64,000 nt of DNA, taken from NCBI GenBank assembly GCA_003142795.1, contig PLNN01000019.1:51991-115990 (forward strand), written 5' to 3'. The number at the start of each line of letters is the position of its first letter. The stretch's first letter is position 1. Below are positions 1-12,000 of this stretch, one piece after another. The stretch is from Candidatus Omnitrophota bacterium. Its GTDB lineage: Bacteria > Omnitrophota > Gorgyraeia > 2-01-FULL-45-10. The translations under genes and the position numbers were made by a program. The notes below the pieces were generated by a model. That model did no database searches. It had not been told where the DNA came from and saw only the letters and a list, made by a program, of their open reading frames with translations.

Positions 1-3000
1 CTTGCCGCATTCGCCGCTATCATCACAGTATGGCGGCAGCATCCATCGACAGTTTCTCGTATAGTTAAAGCCGCGATCGTTCCCGCAGTTTGCATCGGAG
101 CTTCTTATCTCTTCGGGGATCTTTACGCCGGCCTTTTCAAGAATTCCGCATGGAGTTTGAAAACCATGCTTGCCAGCACGATCATTGGCGGAGCGACTTT
201 AGCAGGCGGAAGCTACATGGAACAGACGGCAAGAGGCGTAAAGGTCGATCGGTCCGAAGTCTTTCGCTGGGCGATAGCAGGCTCCGCCCTCTTAGGGCTT
301 CTCGCTTATGGCGCATGGTTCCCGTTGTTGACTCATTTGACAAAAGATAACAATTTCCTGTTTGCGGCGCTGGACATGTGCGTCTTCGCGCCATTTGTTT
401 TCATTCCTCTCGAATTCCTTGCCAAGAAGTATTTAGTGTCACCAGGGGACACAACAAATACTTTTAAAAACACGCTCCAGACGTGGGCTTTTGTTTCCGT
501 ATTAAATGTCGTTTGGTTCGGTCCTATCTTATTTTTAGGGAGAGCCCTCTGGCCGGACAAGATCGTCCTGATCGATGCCAATGCAGCAGTAATTTGGGCA
601 GGGCCTCTCGTCTATTTCCTTGGGGTTTGGAAAAGGTTCGGCGGTATATCCGGCCTGGCGAAGAAAGTCTTTAAGCTCAAAAAAGAGGCACTGGAAAAAG
701 ATGCCCCACTAGTGATACTGGGAGGCGAGGAAGAGCTGGCTTCCGAACTGCGCGGTTTTGCCAGATATTCGATGGTCGAGCAGGACCAGACCATAAAGAC
801 CGTCGTGGCGCACGGATTTAATGCCGGGAATACAGGGCTCCTACAGGATGATATAGAGATTCTATGGCAGCACTCATGGTTTGTCCGGCTGGTCAACTGG
901 CTTGAGAAAAGGCATCCGTCGATTTATGAAATGATAAGAAAAACTTACAGATCCTTTGGTATAGAGCTCGTCAAGACCGTTCCAACGATGGGTGCGTTCA
1001 TGTACGGATTTGGCGCCGGCGCACATAGGAATGATTTTGAGAAGGTTTTGCTATATCGCTCGACGAAAGGTTCGCGCAGCGCGCTTGCCATTGTCGATGA
1101 GGCCGAAGACGTCTTAAGGCGAAGTAAGGGGAATTTCGATCAGGACGTCAAAATAATAGCGTTCTTTAAAGCGTTGAAAAGATATGCGCGTTTAGTAGAC
1201 GACCAGGCTGCTCGCCACGGCCTTGATCTGACAGGCGTTTGGGGAGATGCGGCCAAGAGGGCGCGGCCGGTGACCATTCAGAACATCCTGGCGCTCGGGA
1301 CTTTTCTTGAATCGGCAAAACCGGGCCGCATCAGCCTGCGTAAATATTACAGGGCCCTCAACAGGGTAAGCTCTATACTCGAATCCCCGGCTGTGCCCAT
1401 ACATACATCTTTATGGAGCCATAAAGAAGCAACGCCGGTGGGATACCTGAAAGAAGCCGAAGAGCTTAAAATGCCGGATGGGTCGATCGTCTTTACCGAT
1501 AAGATAGTAGGACAATGGAATCTTAAAACCGTTAAACATGGTCCACTAGTTAAGATAGATGTTGTAAATACGGGGACTGGTGAGAAAGCCGTTTTGCCAG
1601 TGGTGCCGGAGGCTTTGAGGGCTATAGAAAAAGCGGAAGAGCTCGTCATCGCTCCGGAAAATATTCTGACCGATCTTAGTATGTTCCTTTCGGTTAAAGA
1701 GATCGCGGACGCGCTCGCCAAAAGAAAGGAGGCAGGCAAACCCACCATACTTGTGCTGCCGGTTTCGACCAAAGACGGCAATCCCGGCCTGATCGATGAA
1801 GGCATAGACGCGGCCCTTCGGGCAGGAATGGGTTACGGCATATCTGATATCGCCACGCATGTGATCGTAAACGACATTGAGAATGAGACGGATGTTCTTA
1901 TCAAAATTACCGCAAAAGAGATGTTTGCCAGAGAAGGCATGGAACCCGTTACGATCAGTCCCTCTTTCGAAAAAGTATTACGGGATAACGGCACGACCGT
2001 TTTTAAGGGTCCCTTGGGCGAGATCATCAAAACGCCGAGCAAAAAACCCGGGCTTGGGTCCCTGGAGGACAATTACCAGATAGCGTCGAACAGGCTTGCA
2101 TTCGTCCTGAAGATGATCGAGATATCGCATAAGTATAAGACGGCGCCGCTGTGGATAAGCGATATAGAAGGGACGATCAAACCGTCCGGCCATACGGTAC
2201 TGCCCTCCGAAGAAACGGAAGAGATCGCCTCGTGCTTAAAAGAAAACGTACCGTTCGGTCTCCTCACAGAAGCAGCAGCGGGCGATGCGGAGGAATCGAC
2301 CGCAAATCGCGTCAAAGCCCGGCTCGAATCAGGCGGCGCGACCGGCAAAATGCGCCTTATGCCTATGCAGGCGGTCGCGGGTTTGAGATGTTTTGTTTAT
2401 GATCCGGGTAACGGAAGATACGAGTTCATAACGGGTTTCGATTTAAGAAAAGAGATAGGCGACGATAAGTTCAATCATCTAAAGCAAATATGCGTCGATC
2501 TGGTCGAAAAATTCGGACTCGTGGAGCGTAATAAAAGATTGGGGTTTGCTGGCGAAAATGACAGCGGCTTCTGGGGACCTTATTTCGATGACCGCATAGG
2601 GGGAGTTACTTTTTCCGTGATCGGCAAAGACGCCTTGCAGGGATGGATCAGTCGGTACGAGACCAAAGGCGGCAAGGAGCTTAACCGTGTCTTACTGAAA
2701 TATTTAAATGACCGATGCGCCAACGAAGGCATTCCCGTAAAGTGGACCCTTGGGAGCGAATTCCAGATCGACGGAACGCATGAAAAGACAGACAAGGGGG
2801 ATGGTTTAAAATCCATAAGCGAGTTGACCGGCATTCCGCTGGAAGCCATAATTTTCAGCGGAGATAACATAAGATGGTCGAAAGAGGGCGAGCCTGGCGA
2901 CGACACCAAGGCGGCGCAGAGGGCAGGGTTCAGCCTCAACATGGACGGCAGATTACTTGATGAGCCGGTTGCCGGCAAGACGGTCATTACCGCATCGGAA

Positions 3001-6000
3001 AGGGGCGGTAAACACGGCATCCTTCCATACCTCCGTTTGTATAGGGCTTTTTACGCGACATTGCCGGATAAATATAAAGATTTTGAGAAGCGGCTTCAAG
3101 ACGGTATCGCACGCGAAAAAGAGCACCAGAAAAGGATGAGCCCGGAATGGGCAAGAGAACAGCTTAAGCTCTTTGTTGCGCAAGGTACTATACAAGGTGT
3201 GCCGGGAAAAGAGATAGAGACACTGTTCGATTATGCCGGAATTTTGCTTGATACAAAGACCGGGAATGAAGATGACTTGCAACTGGTTTATAAAACATTG
3301 AAAATAATTTCCCTGCTTGATATTTCTCCCGAATTAAGGCGTTTGACTGAGCATAAGTTACGCGACTTCGCCAGGAATACGCGCGCCAAAGATTTCGGAT
3401 CGTATAGCGGTGCCTACCAAGAAGGGGCTCTCAACATCTCCGTTAATACACCGTCCAAAGGACCTGCCCCGGTAGAAGCGCTTTCTGCGCTGGGCGCTGG
3501 CGAACAGTCCGCAGCCATCCATACCGGACTGGGAGCGTTTAAAGGCGGGAAAGTGGGGCACGTAATTTTATTGGGAGAGAACGAGCTGGACGAAGAATTA
3601 TTCAGCAGTCAAATGGAAAACATTCTTAAAATAGAGACAGCCTTCGGCTGCAAGGCAAGGGTCTGTATAGTTGCCAGCTTTAGGAATCACAGGGCGGTAA
3701 TTGAGCTATTAAAACAGAGAAAATTTTTTGGCCTTGAATCTGATCAGATTGCAATAGAATTTCAGGGGATCTATCAGAGCATGGGCGTGAGGGGACAAGG
3801 CCCATATTATTATCTGGAGGGCGGAAAGCATCTGGCAGCACCGGGTGACTTAGATGCGATATTGACACCGGTCTTGAGCGGAACGTTTACGGAATGGTCG
3901 AACGCCAGTGTCGAAGATATTATCGTATTGTCTTCGGCAGCTAAAGCTCCTGCAAATCCGGAAGAAGATTTTCTGATCCTTGGCCGGCTTATTGACACAA
4001 AGGCCGATATGGTCGTCTCTGTTACCGATAGGACAAAAGAAGACATAGGCGCTTCTCCGTATTATGACGCAGACAATAAACGTATAGTGCTATTGGAAGA
4101 TTATGCCGTTGGGCAAAATGTCACAAGAAATTTGCAGAGCAGCTTTCGCAACGCGGTTTCATTGTCGTCCCTCTTTAAACATATGGGAGTCGATCCTTTA
4201 CAGGCTCATGGCTTAAACCAGGCAGAATTATCAGATAAAGTCCGTGCTTTTATGCATGGATTGCGAGATAAGCCTTATGTCGTTCGAAAGGCAGTAACGG
4301 AAGAAGCCGGCAAGATAAGGCAATACAAGGTTGACCAGTTCAAGCATCCTTTCGGCAATCTCACTTTTAAACTGAAGACGGAGTATGTATATACGCCATC
4401 TCATAAATTAGCTACCGTATCTTCTGTCAGGCTTCGCAGATTCGGGCTTGGTTCGGTGGCGCAGATTATTTTAGCAGCTCTTCTTGTATCAATAGTAGGG
4501 GGAGCCGTTTGGCGCGACGCGCAGCAGCGGCTTGCTGTCGCGCTGCCGTATGGCATAACGATAGCGATAGTGATAGGCGCAATGATCTCAGCAACAATAT
4601 TGATACGTTGGATCATGAGTAATGGGTTTATATATATAAATGTAGGCGGCCAGCATCCTTCTCTCCTCAAAATAGAAAAAAAGATATGGCGCTCCATTGA
4701 TCGCGAAGACCAGGAAGCATTAAAATCGATAGTGGGCGCTGACGAAGCTGCGATAAAAGAGCTTATAGACCGTCCTGACAGCAGGATAGCGGAGTTTAAG
4801 GAGGATCCTATATCGCTGGAAGGAAAACTCGAAGAAGGTTATTGTGATGGGAGGACTATATATCTTCTGCTGAAGAAACCGATAATAACAGATGGCAAAG
4901 AGATAACCAGGTTAAGATTCCAGGGGGTCAGGCCTAAAATAGGCGAGAACGGAAAGATCGCTAATTATTCTGGTTACAGAGAGCTTGTAGCCGGCGAAGA
5001 TGGCCTTCTCCGTGTCGATGAGCCTCCCGCAGCCCGCCCGGCCGGCGCAAAACTTTATGACGGGGCATCGATAGAGTTTGAGGTCATGGATAATAGGTCG
5101 ATCCCCACCGATGTCGCGGTAGGTCTTGGCAAATACACGGGCATCGATTTCCAGGGGCAAAAGGTGGGCTACATCATAGCGGGAATGGAAGAACCCGATG
5201 GCCGCCTTTATACTAAAAAAGATACGATCGGCAGCATGTCTTGTGAATCGTTCAAAGAGCCGTCGAAAAAATTGACGATACTATTTCGCAAAGACAGTTT
5301 TAGCAAAGAAGAGCAAAGACGGATAGGGCGTACACTTAAAGCTAAGTATGAAGAGGGTGCAGGGGGACTTGAAGAGTCCGGCCTGCCCTTTGTTATATTG
5401 AGGGTAAGTAAAACACGAAACGACAGAATTAAAATAAAGCAAAGATATTCCAGCCACCCGGCTCAAAGATCGTCATTTAGATCTATCAGGGACCTTGACG
5501 ACGAAAGCGATATTTACCGTCAGTTTGGAAGGCTCATACGAAGAGCCCATGATAAAGGGTATTATGACCTGTTCCCAATTGTTATGCATCGTGAATACAC
5601 AGGTCCTACTATTCCCGAAGAGCAGACGCCTTCTTATTATGCGAGGTCGCATGAAACAAAAGTCGGCTTACGGCAGATCCGCGAAAGATGGGAAGTGGTT
5701 TCCAGAAATTTTTCCACGCTTAAACGCCGGGGTAAGCGGAATTCCTCAGAGAAAAACGCGGCGGAGCGGTTTATCGATATAACCAGTGTATTATTTGATC
5801 TTACACAGACCAAGATCACGAATATAGAGACAACTTTCGGTAATGCGCTTTACGGTGATGATGCCCCTACTCACACAAGTGCAACATCCATGGATGTTTC
5901 CCGTCTCATAGAGTCGTTCCTGGAAGGTTATTTTTATGATATCGACCCGCGCGACAGGACTTTCAGCGATATGTATGAAACTTGTATTCAATTCGAGCGC

Positions 6001-9000
6001 GATCCGAATAGATTACTAATGCCTGTCAATAAGCTCTACAACGCGATAGGGGTGGCTTTGTGGGAAGAGGAATCCGAGGAATTTGACAAATATCGCGGTC
6101 TCTTTATGCCAAATCTCATTGCGGCAGAGAAAAATAGCCGGCAGTCAGAAGGCGGCGCAGCCCGGTGGTTCAAGCCGCTGATCATGATGGGCGGGCTCGC
6201 AGCATTATCAGCTTTCGCTATAACGGCATTTGCAATATTGATACCTCATGCATCAGCAATACACACACAAGCCGTCACAGCTGCAATGCCGTGGTGGAGC
6301 GCGATACTCGGTATGTTCTTTTTAGGGTCTATCGGAGATTGGCCTTATGACCCAGGCAGGTCGCGCGGTGAAGACCCACACGCATTTGCCCTGCACCATT
6401 ATAACCAGGGGGTGCGTTTATGCAAGGCAGGACAATTAATAAAAGCCGTAGAGTGTTTTGACAAAGCCATCGAGGCTGTCCCGAATCATTACGCAATGCA
6501 TTATAACAGGGGGACGGCTTTGCTCGAATTAAAGAAATATGATGAGGCTATAAAGGACTTCGAACGAGTACTTGAACTAAACCCCGATTTTTCCATGGCA
6601 TATTATAATCGGGGCGAAGCGTACCTGGCGAAAGAAGAATATAGGGAGGCCATTGCAGATTTTACAAAGGCGATCGAGGCCGGACTTAAAAATGGCATTC
6701 TGTATTTCAATCGGGGCGTGGCCAAGCTGATAATTTATAAAGATGAAAGTGATCTTAGCTATAAAGATGACGGAATTCGCGATTTAGAAACAGCCGCGCA
6801 ATTGGAGCACCTGCTTATAGATAGGATCAGGTCGATAGCGGAAAATTATAACTTGGATATTAAATTACCGCCCCCGTCCTCGGGCCCGAGATTTATGTCG
6901 TTCCTCCTGCCGTTTATCATAGTAGCCTACTTTGCGAGCATGGGAGCCGTTTGGCCTGATATGCATCTGAGTTTTGCCGGCATATTAGCAGCCATGCAGA
7001 GTTGGTTCGCGACGGTCGGCGCCTCCGGCGCGCTACCGTGGATTGTAGGTGTAGCTGCAACAATCGCCGTCTTGATAACCACATTTATCGCATATAAAAA
7101 TAAATCCAAACCGTTAGTGTCTTCGCATCAGCCTTTTTTCTTTGTAAGACTGACCGGGCTGAAATATTTAATCGCTATTCCGCAGATATTATTAATGGCG
7201 TTTGTCCTTGGGTGCACCCCGCCAGATTCCGGGTCACAAAAAAATATTGAGAATAGAGCCGAGGAGGCCCAGATTGCCAAATTCGAAGAGGAAGAGGCGG
7301 AGCATGTTGATGAGATCGCCAAAGATAATAAGGACCTTCAGCAGAGAATAGCCGCTTTCGCCAGTATCGCAATGTCTAAATTCAGCGTCCACGGTTTCAA
7401 ATACGAAACGATTAACGATCGCGAGCGTCTAAAATCGCAGGAAGAAGGGACTAGATATCTCTTAGTTTCTGCGCGCGGTATAGACTCCATGTATCCTGCT
7501 GATGATAAGCGGGTAAAACTTGAAGTTTTGATGAAGAAATTTATAGACACCGCGGACGGGATGGTCAAGAATTCGTTCGGGACCGGCGATGTCCTGAACG
7601 AGTGCGATGCGATAATTAATAGAGCAAATAACCTGTATTTTATCCCCAACGGATATTTACTGGACTTCTTCGGCATAAACAAATTCGGCCAAGTCATTAC
7701 GTTCTCATACAAAATAGTCGATAAACAGCCTTATACGTGCAACGGCTACGATATTGGTGTCTGCTATATAGTCGAATTGACAGACTATTTTTCACAACGC
7801 CGTGCCGCCTACGCAACTAGCGGCAAAAAATTGATTATATTTAAGGATAGTTTAAATAAACCAATGGTCCTTCCCAAAAATGCCGGCGGCAGACATCAGG
7901 ACGCGATTAACAAGGAGCTTGCGAAGCTGCAGGCGCGTGACTCAATAGAGGATGCTGTAGATGCGAGCGCTATACATGAAGTTACGCATAGAGCTAATAA
8001 AGGATTTAAGGTGGGTTCAGGCTGGCTTGCGGGAAGCATGAGTCATGAAGATGAGGAAAAATCTGCCAGATTTTCCGCCTATTTTAATGGCAATGGTCAG
8101 GCGGTCGACATTGCTTATTCTCTGAGAAATATTGCTTACAATGCAACGCTGGACCAGGATGATCCAGATGGCGAATGTGCATTTATAGATGCGTTGGTGG
8201 TTCAGGGTATCCGGAAAGGATTATTTGATAAATCAGATTTTACATATGATACCCGAATTGGGCTGAATGGCTTGATGAATAGCCTCAGAAAAGAGACTAC
8301 CAAGATTGATGAAATGAATAAGGCCATTTTGTCGGTCGCTAAAGCATTTAATAAAGGATTTGATGCTGATGAAAAGGGATTTCGCGCCAAATTGAAAGCC
8401 CTTGTTCCCGAAGCGGCAAAACCATTGTTACCATCTTCTTATGTAATACCTGAAATCAAGCGTAAAGCCAGGCCTGCACCGGTAGAGCCGGCTCCTGTAA
8501 AAACTACGGAAGAGAAACCGTCCGCTGAATCTGCGGAACCGTCTAAAGAACAACCCGAGGCTAAAGCTCCTGTGAAACAGGCAGGGCCTGAGTCTGTAGT
8601 ACCTATTGTTAAGCCGGCAGCTCCGAAACCGGTATCGTTCCTCGTGCCTGTTGCCGATGATGCAACGGGTCAATTAAGGGTCGTCTTTAATATTGTGAAT
8701 AAGGCAAAGCAAGCTAATCCCGCCCTTGCCAACAATGGGAAGATCGAGACTCAGTATGGCGCCGGCAAATGGCTGACAAAGGTAAAATTGTCGGACGGCA
8801 AAGCAGCCTGGATATATATAGAACAGAAAGGCGACGGTAAAGCAGCGATTTTCACCGGTAAAAAACCAAAGTGGGTAGAGATCTATTTGATCGGCAAAGA
8901 CAAAAACGGTCTTTGCCTTTTCGACCCGGACGCCAAACAATGTACAGTTATCTCAGCGCGAGGGGATCTTATCGAAACAACCGTGGGTGAGGGGGAGACG

Positions 9001-12000
9001 ATAGAAGATGCGGTCAAAGAGGCACTTCACATGATACATAACCACAACACGCCATTCTACTGGCCTGCGCTCGCCATCGCGCCACAAACAACATTGCCGG
9101 ATCTCGGGTCGGCCGCGATACACAGCTACAATGAATTTAATACCGTCCTGCAGGTCTCCTATCGCTCCTACGGTATTACCATGCCCGCGGAATGGGACCG
9201 CATTATGCCGGCACTCTACGATACAATTTCGAGTCATACGGGATTCCTGTCTTTGAATAATCGTGAGCAGGTCACCATGATCAGGGAGCTGTACGATTTC
9301 CTTCAGCGGAAGCGGTACGAAAAGGCATCCATCAAACTTATGAGCCGCGACCATACCGTGCTCGCGTTCTTCGGCCGATCATCCGGTAAAGAAGGGGATA
9401 TTTTCGAAACCAGGTACGCAAACGTAGTGGATGTATACGGGGGCCATCTCGAATTATTCAAACCCGGCGAAAAAGGCATGACGCCTATGGAGGCGAAGGA
9501 AAAGTTTCTGGATCGTGCAGCGGAGCTGGCGGCAGCCGGAAAATTCGTAACGCTTATGGTGTGGTCTCATGGAGCGAAGACCGGGTTCGAGGTGAGCGGT
9601 ATGATGGGTATCTCCGACGCCGAGATGGCCGGCGCATTATCCGGTTCCCGCATTAAACTTAGTAGAAAGACGATCGACCTGACGAGGGTCAATGGTATTT
9701 TTAACTGTTGTTATGCGACGGATTTTACACTCAATATGCTTTCCGAACTCAAGCGCCAGACGGATGAAATGGGTAGTGCGCTCGTTTTCCCGGGTTCGAT
9801 CGTCGCAAGTACGTCACGCAATAGAGAAGCGCTCAGCACCGCCTTATGGGACAGTATAGGCGAATACCACGTCAGGACTAAGGGTAAAGACTCAAATAAC
9901 CCCTCATTGCCGCTTGGCGCAATCCTGACCTTTGTCGATGCCAATCTTTATACCCAAGGCCGCAAGCCAGAATTTGATGAAAACAATAAAATAAAAGGAT
10001 GGACCGTGCTTAAGCCTGAAATACTGCAGGATCCAGCCGTAATTATTCCGCTTAATGACAAAGACCGTGAGGAGCTACGCCGTATACTTCGGCTGAAGGA
10101 TTCCATGCCGGCGCCTAACTTTATCCAGATCGGGCTTGCTGAGCCCGCGCGCAATTTAAAACAAGAGGTCATCGACAGCGTTCCCGGTCTTGTTTCTGCG
10201 GCTGTGGCCGGATATAAAAGCCAAGGTGGGGCGTGGTTTCCCGGAACATTCTACCGGAAATTCATCGCGCCGCTCGAGACGCCGGTCTCGTTCGGGCTGG
10301 CATTTGCAGTAGCCCAGGCATTCGCGATGCGGATGGGGTGGCATGACATGGCACGGCCGCTTTGGCTTATGACCGCGCTTGTTCCTATAATTTTCTGGGC
10401 AGGACATATTCCCCGCTCGATTTACGACTATTATAAAGGAAATAAGATCACTGCACTTAAAGCAGATGTAAATATTCTTACAATTGCCGCTGCCGCAGGT
10501 ACTGCAGCCTGGCTTGGGGCAACAATGACCTTCCCCGCACTGAACAATATAGCTCCGTTACTGCTTTATTTCGGCATAATATTTCCGCTCACAATTCTGC
10601 ATATATATATCAATTGGAAAGACAACGTGGCCGGACATGACAAGAGGCCGTTTGCACAATTTACTTTAGGTACGCTTCTTACAGTTATGTTATATACCGC
10701 TTTCTTCTTCAGCGGTTATACAACATTCAGCCGATACTTTATTACGAATCCGAACGCTCCTATTCTTGAACAGCTTGAAGTGATCGAGCGAAGGGCTGCG
10801 ATACATAATAAGGTGAAAGGCCGTACCTCTGAACCGGTCTTTGGCATAGAGCCGATCGACGAGTCTATCATGCGGGCAAGTTTATATGAGCGCCTTGCCA
10901 GGGAAGATGCCGAAAATCGAAAAGAAGCCGTTGCAGGACTCCCATGGTATCAATCGCATGAAGACCTTGCCCGGGATGTTATCTATGTTACTCTGGAAGA
11001 CGGGTCGAAAATGGTTTACCTGGGAATAAAAGCAAATGGCATTAACCCGGATCCAAAACGTCCCGAAATGCCGATCAAGTGCATCCGTTTTCATGAAACG
11101 TACCAGAGCGTCATCGACCGCTACAAACCACTCCTGGCCCAGCCTGACGCCGGGACGCGTCTCGAGGCAGTGATAGCGCTCGGCATGCTTAAGGACCCTT
11201 CGCTCGTATCCGATTTTATGAGTGTTATAGAAAAAGATACGGATAGCCGCGTGCGGGGAAAGGCAATTGCCTCATTAGGATACATGGGGTATGGCGCCAA
11301 GCCGGCGATCGAACAGATCGTCCATATTTTTAAAAATAGCAAGGAAGACAGATTTGTCCGCATGATCGCAGCGGATGCTTTAAGCGGTATTGTCAAAAAT
11401 CTTCCGGATTCAAATGAGGACAAGACCGCAGTAATAAATATCCTTATTGACGTCATAAAAGATACGCTCTACGGCAGATTACAGGGCGATGATAAACAAA
11501 TCGGTAATGCAGCAAGTTTTGCGCTTATTAAAATAAAAGATCCGTCCACGGTCCATAAGATCATAGATGACATTCGTAAGGAAAAATCCGAACATGATAA
11601 AATTCAGCAGCCAAAAGATGAGCCGAGCAGCCGCAGTGAGCTCGGGTCCGACGCGTACATGAACTTTGCCGCCATATTCGGTACGCTCTTGTTAGGGACT
11701 ATCGGTAAATGGCCGTTTGCCTGGTTTACCTCGGACGGCGCAGGCTTATCGCAGAAAGCCAACAAATACTTTGAAGAAGCTATGAGGTGCTGCGAACACG
11801 GCAAATATGAAGAGAGCCTAGAGCCTTTTAACAGAACCATTGAACTGGCCCCGTATTATTATGCGGCATATAGAAACTTAGGAAATGCATATTTTATGTT
11901 GGATCGGTATGACGAGGCTATAGATAACTACAAAAAAGCGATCGAACGAAAACCCGATGATAATAATTCATATTTTAACATGGCTCAAGCATATGCCTTC

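Noticed and set aside
157-159. TTG start of ORF1 given by the ORF track
   Set aside because: The frame is open from position 1 and there is no RBS, so the true start is upstream of the window.
8460-8640. Pro/Ala/Glu/Lys-rich stretch as a DNA tandem repeat
   Set aside because: It is a low-complexity protein linker with no regular nucleotide period.
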